From Octopus sinensis (lineage: Eukaryota), in assembly GCF_006345805.1 (NCBI RefSeq), contig NC_043015.1, forward strand, positions 30,628,001 to 30,692,000: a stretch of 64,000 nt of DNA, in the 5' to 3' direction. The translations under genes were made by a program, and so were the position numbers. This document shows positions 62,350 to 64,000 of the stretch, piece by piece. The notes below the pieces were generated by a model. The model saw only the letters and a list, made by a program, of their open reading frames with translations, was not told the DNA's origin and did not search any database. The number at the start of each line of letters is the position of its first letter. Positions within the stretch are counted from its first letter, which is position 1.

Positions 62350-62688
62350 TCTGGAAGCACTCCGTCGGTTACGACGACGAGGGTAAGTGGCTGAGCACTC
62401 CACAGACTCGTGTACCCTTAACGTAGTTCTTGGGGATATTCAGCGTGACACAGAGAGTGACAAGGCCGGCCCTTTGAAATACAGGTACAACAGAAACAGG
62501 AAGTAAGAGTGAGAGAAAGTTGTGGTGAAAGAGTACAGCAGGGATCACCACCACCCCCTGCCGGAGCCTCGTGGAGCTTTAGGTGTTTTCGCTCAATAAA
62601 CACTCACAACGCCCGGTCTGGGAATCGAAACCGTGATCCTCCGACCGCGAGTCCGCTGCCCTCTCCACTGGGCCATTGCGCCTCCACA
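62350..62688 (-). mobile_element. tRNA-headed SINE family C, full length
   Basis: Head ggaggcgcaatggcccagtgg...ggtttcgattccc; body gagcgaaaacacctaaagctccacgaggctccggcaggg. Confidence 0.85.
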
Positions 62689-62986
62689 TTATTATTATCA
62701 TAGTCACTTATATACCATGGAAACCAGGTAACCATCACTATGAGTCCCAGAGCTCAAGACAGTAAAAGAAAAAAAAAATTATATTATTGGTACATTACTT
62801 TTAAAGAAAAAAAAAGTAAAAACAGTGCTAACAGGATTTGAACTCAGAACAGAGGGATAATGTGCAGCAGGTACCCCTGTCCAACCCAATTTTGTTGAGA
62901 CATGAGCTATTTGTCTCATATGTCTTGCATTCAGACCCCTGAAACTCCAATAGTTATCATGTCTTTGGGACATCAGTGCAAATATT

Positions 62987-63017
<31 letters not shown>

Positions 63018-63479
63018 ACAAACAATAAATAAGATTTATTCTTTTCTCACATTTCTGAAATTTTTTATTTTTTGGTTTTTTATCTATTTATTATTTGTTC
63101 TTTGAAATGTTGACATATGTCATGTTCATGTCTCGTGTGAGACATGTTGTGTGTTTGGTGGTCAGATGGTGATAATGGTGGTGGTGGTAGTGGTGGTAGT
63201 GGTGATGGTGGTGGCAGCAGCAGTGGCGGCAGTAGTGGTGGTGGTGGTGGTGGTGGTGGCGGCAGTAGTGGTGGTGGTTGTTAACTAGTTTTGGGTTGCA
63301 GAGGAGAAACAAGTTGATGATAGTGGTGGTGATGATGATAGTAGTGTTATTATTAGCGTGGGTTGTAGTGTTTACCTGTTATAATTTATAGAGGTGAGAG
63401 TCCTATCTATTCAAGAACTATATTATATTTTCACTTGTGCTATTTAATTTTACCTCCCTGATATATATATATATATATA

Positions 63480-63985
<506 letters not shown>

Positions 63986-64000
63986 ATATATATATATATA

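Overview
AT-rich, repeat-saturated animal genomic DNA. The SINE/LINE repertoire and the (TA)n/(CA)n load point to a coleoid cephalopod, most likely Octopus (inference). Genes: (1) two clean minus-strand exons of an ASAP-family ArfGAP, encoding BAR-domain peptides IAEEMEKERKMFQLQACE at 22885-22938 and [28 protein letters not shown] at 21391-21476; the ORF track misses both. (2) A complete, intronless, GC-rich MCTS1 CDS (14393-14941, minus) with an ETS-dyad promoter. I could not find the next ASAP exon between 21390 and 1, so MCTS1 appears to sit inside an ASAP intron on the same strand. (3) A plus-strand first coding exon (34899-35067) that ends in the start of an SH2 domain, probably antisense within another large ASAP intron. 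The rest is mostly mobile DNA: at least four tRNA-headed SINE families, several RTE LINE remnants, CR1, R4/Dong-like and HERO-like LINE fragments, a Gypsy integrase with its 3' LTR, a Tc1/mariner transposase relic, mariner/pogo/piggyBac-type MITEs, Helitrons, two 32-bp minisatellites and many microsatellites. There are also several Penelope-type minimal hammerhead ribozyme motifs with different core variants, two of them arranged back-to-back in a ~370-bp foldback. Repeat boundaries were set by eye and are approximate. No database searches were run, so family names rest on motif recognition.
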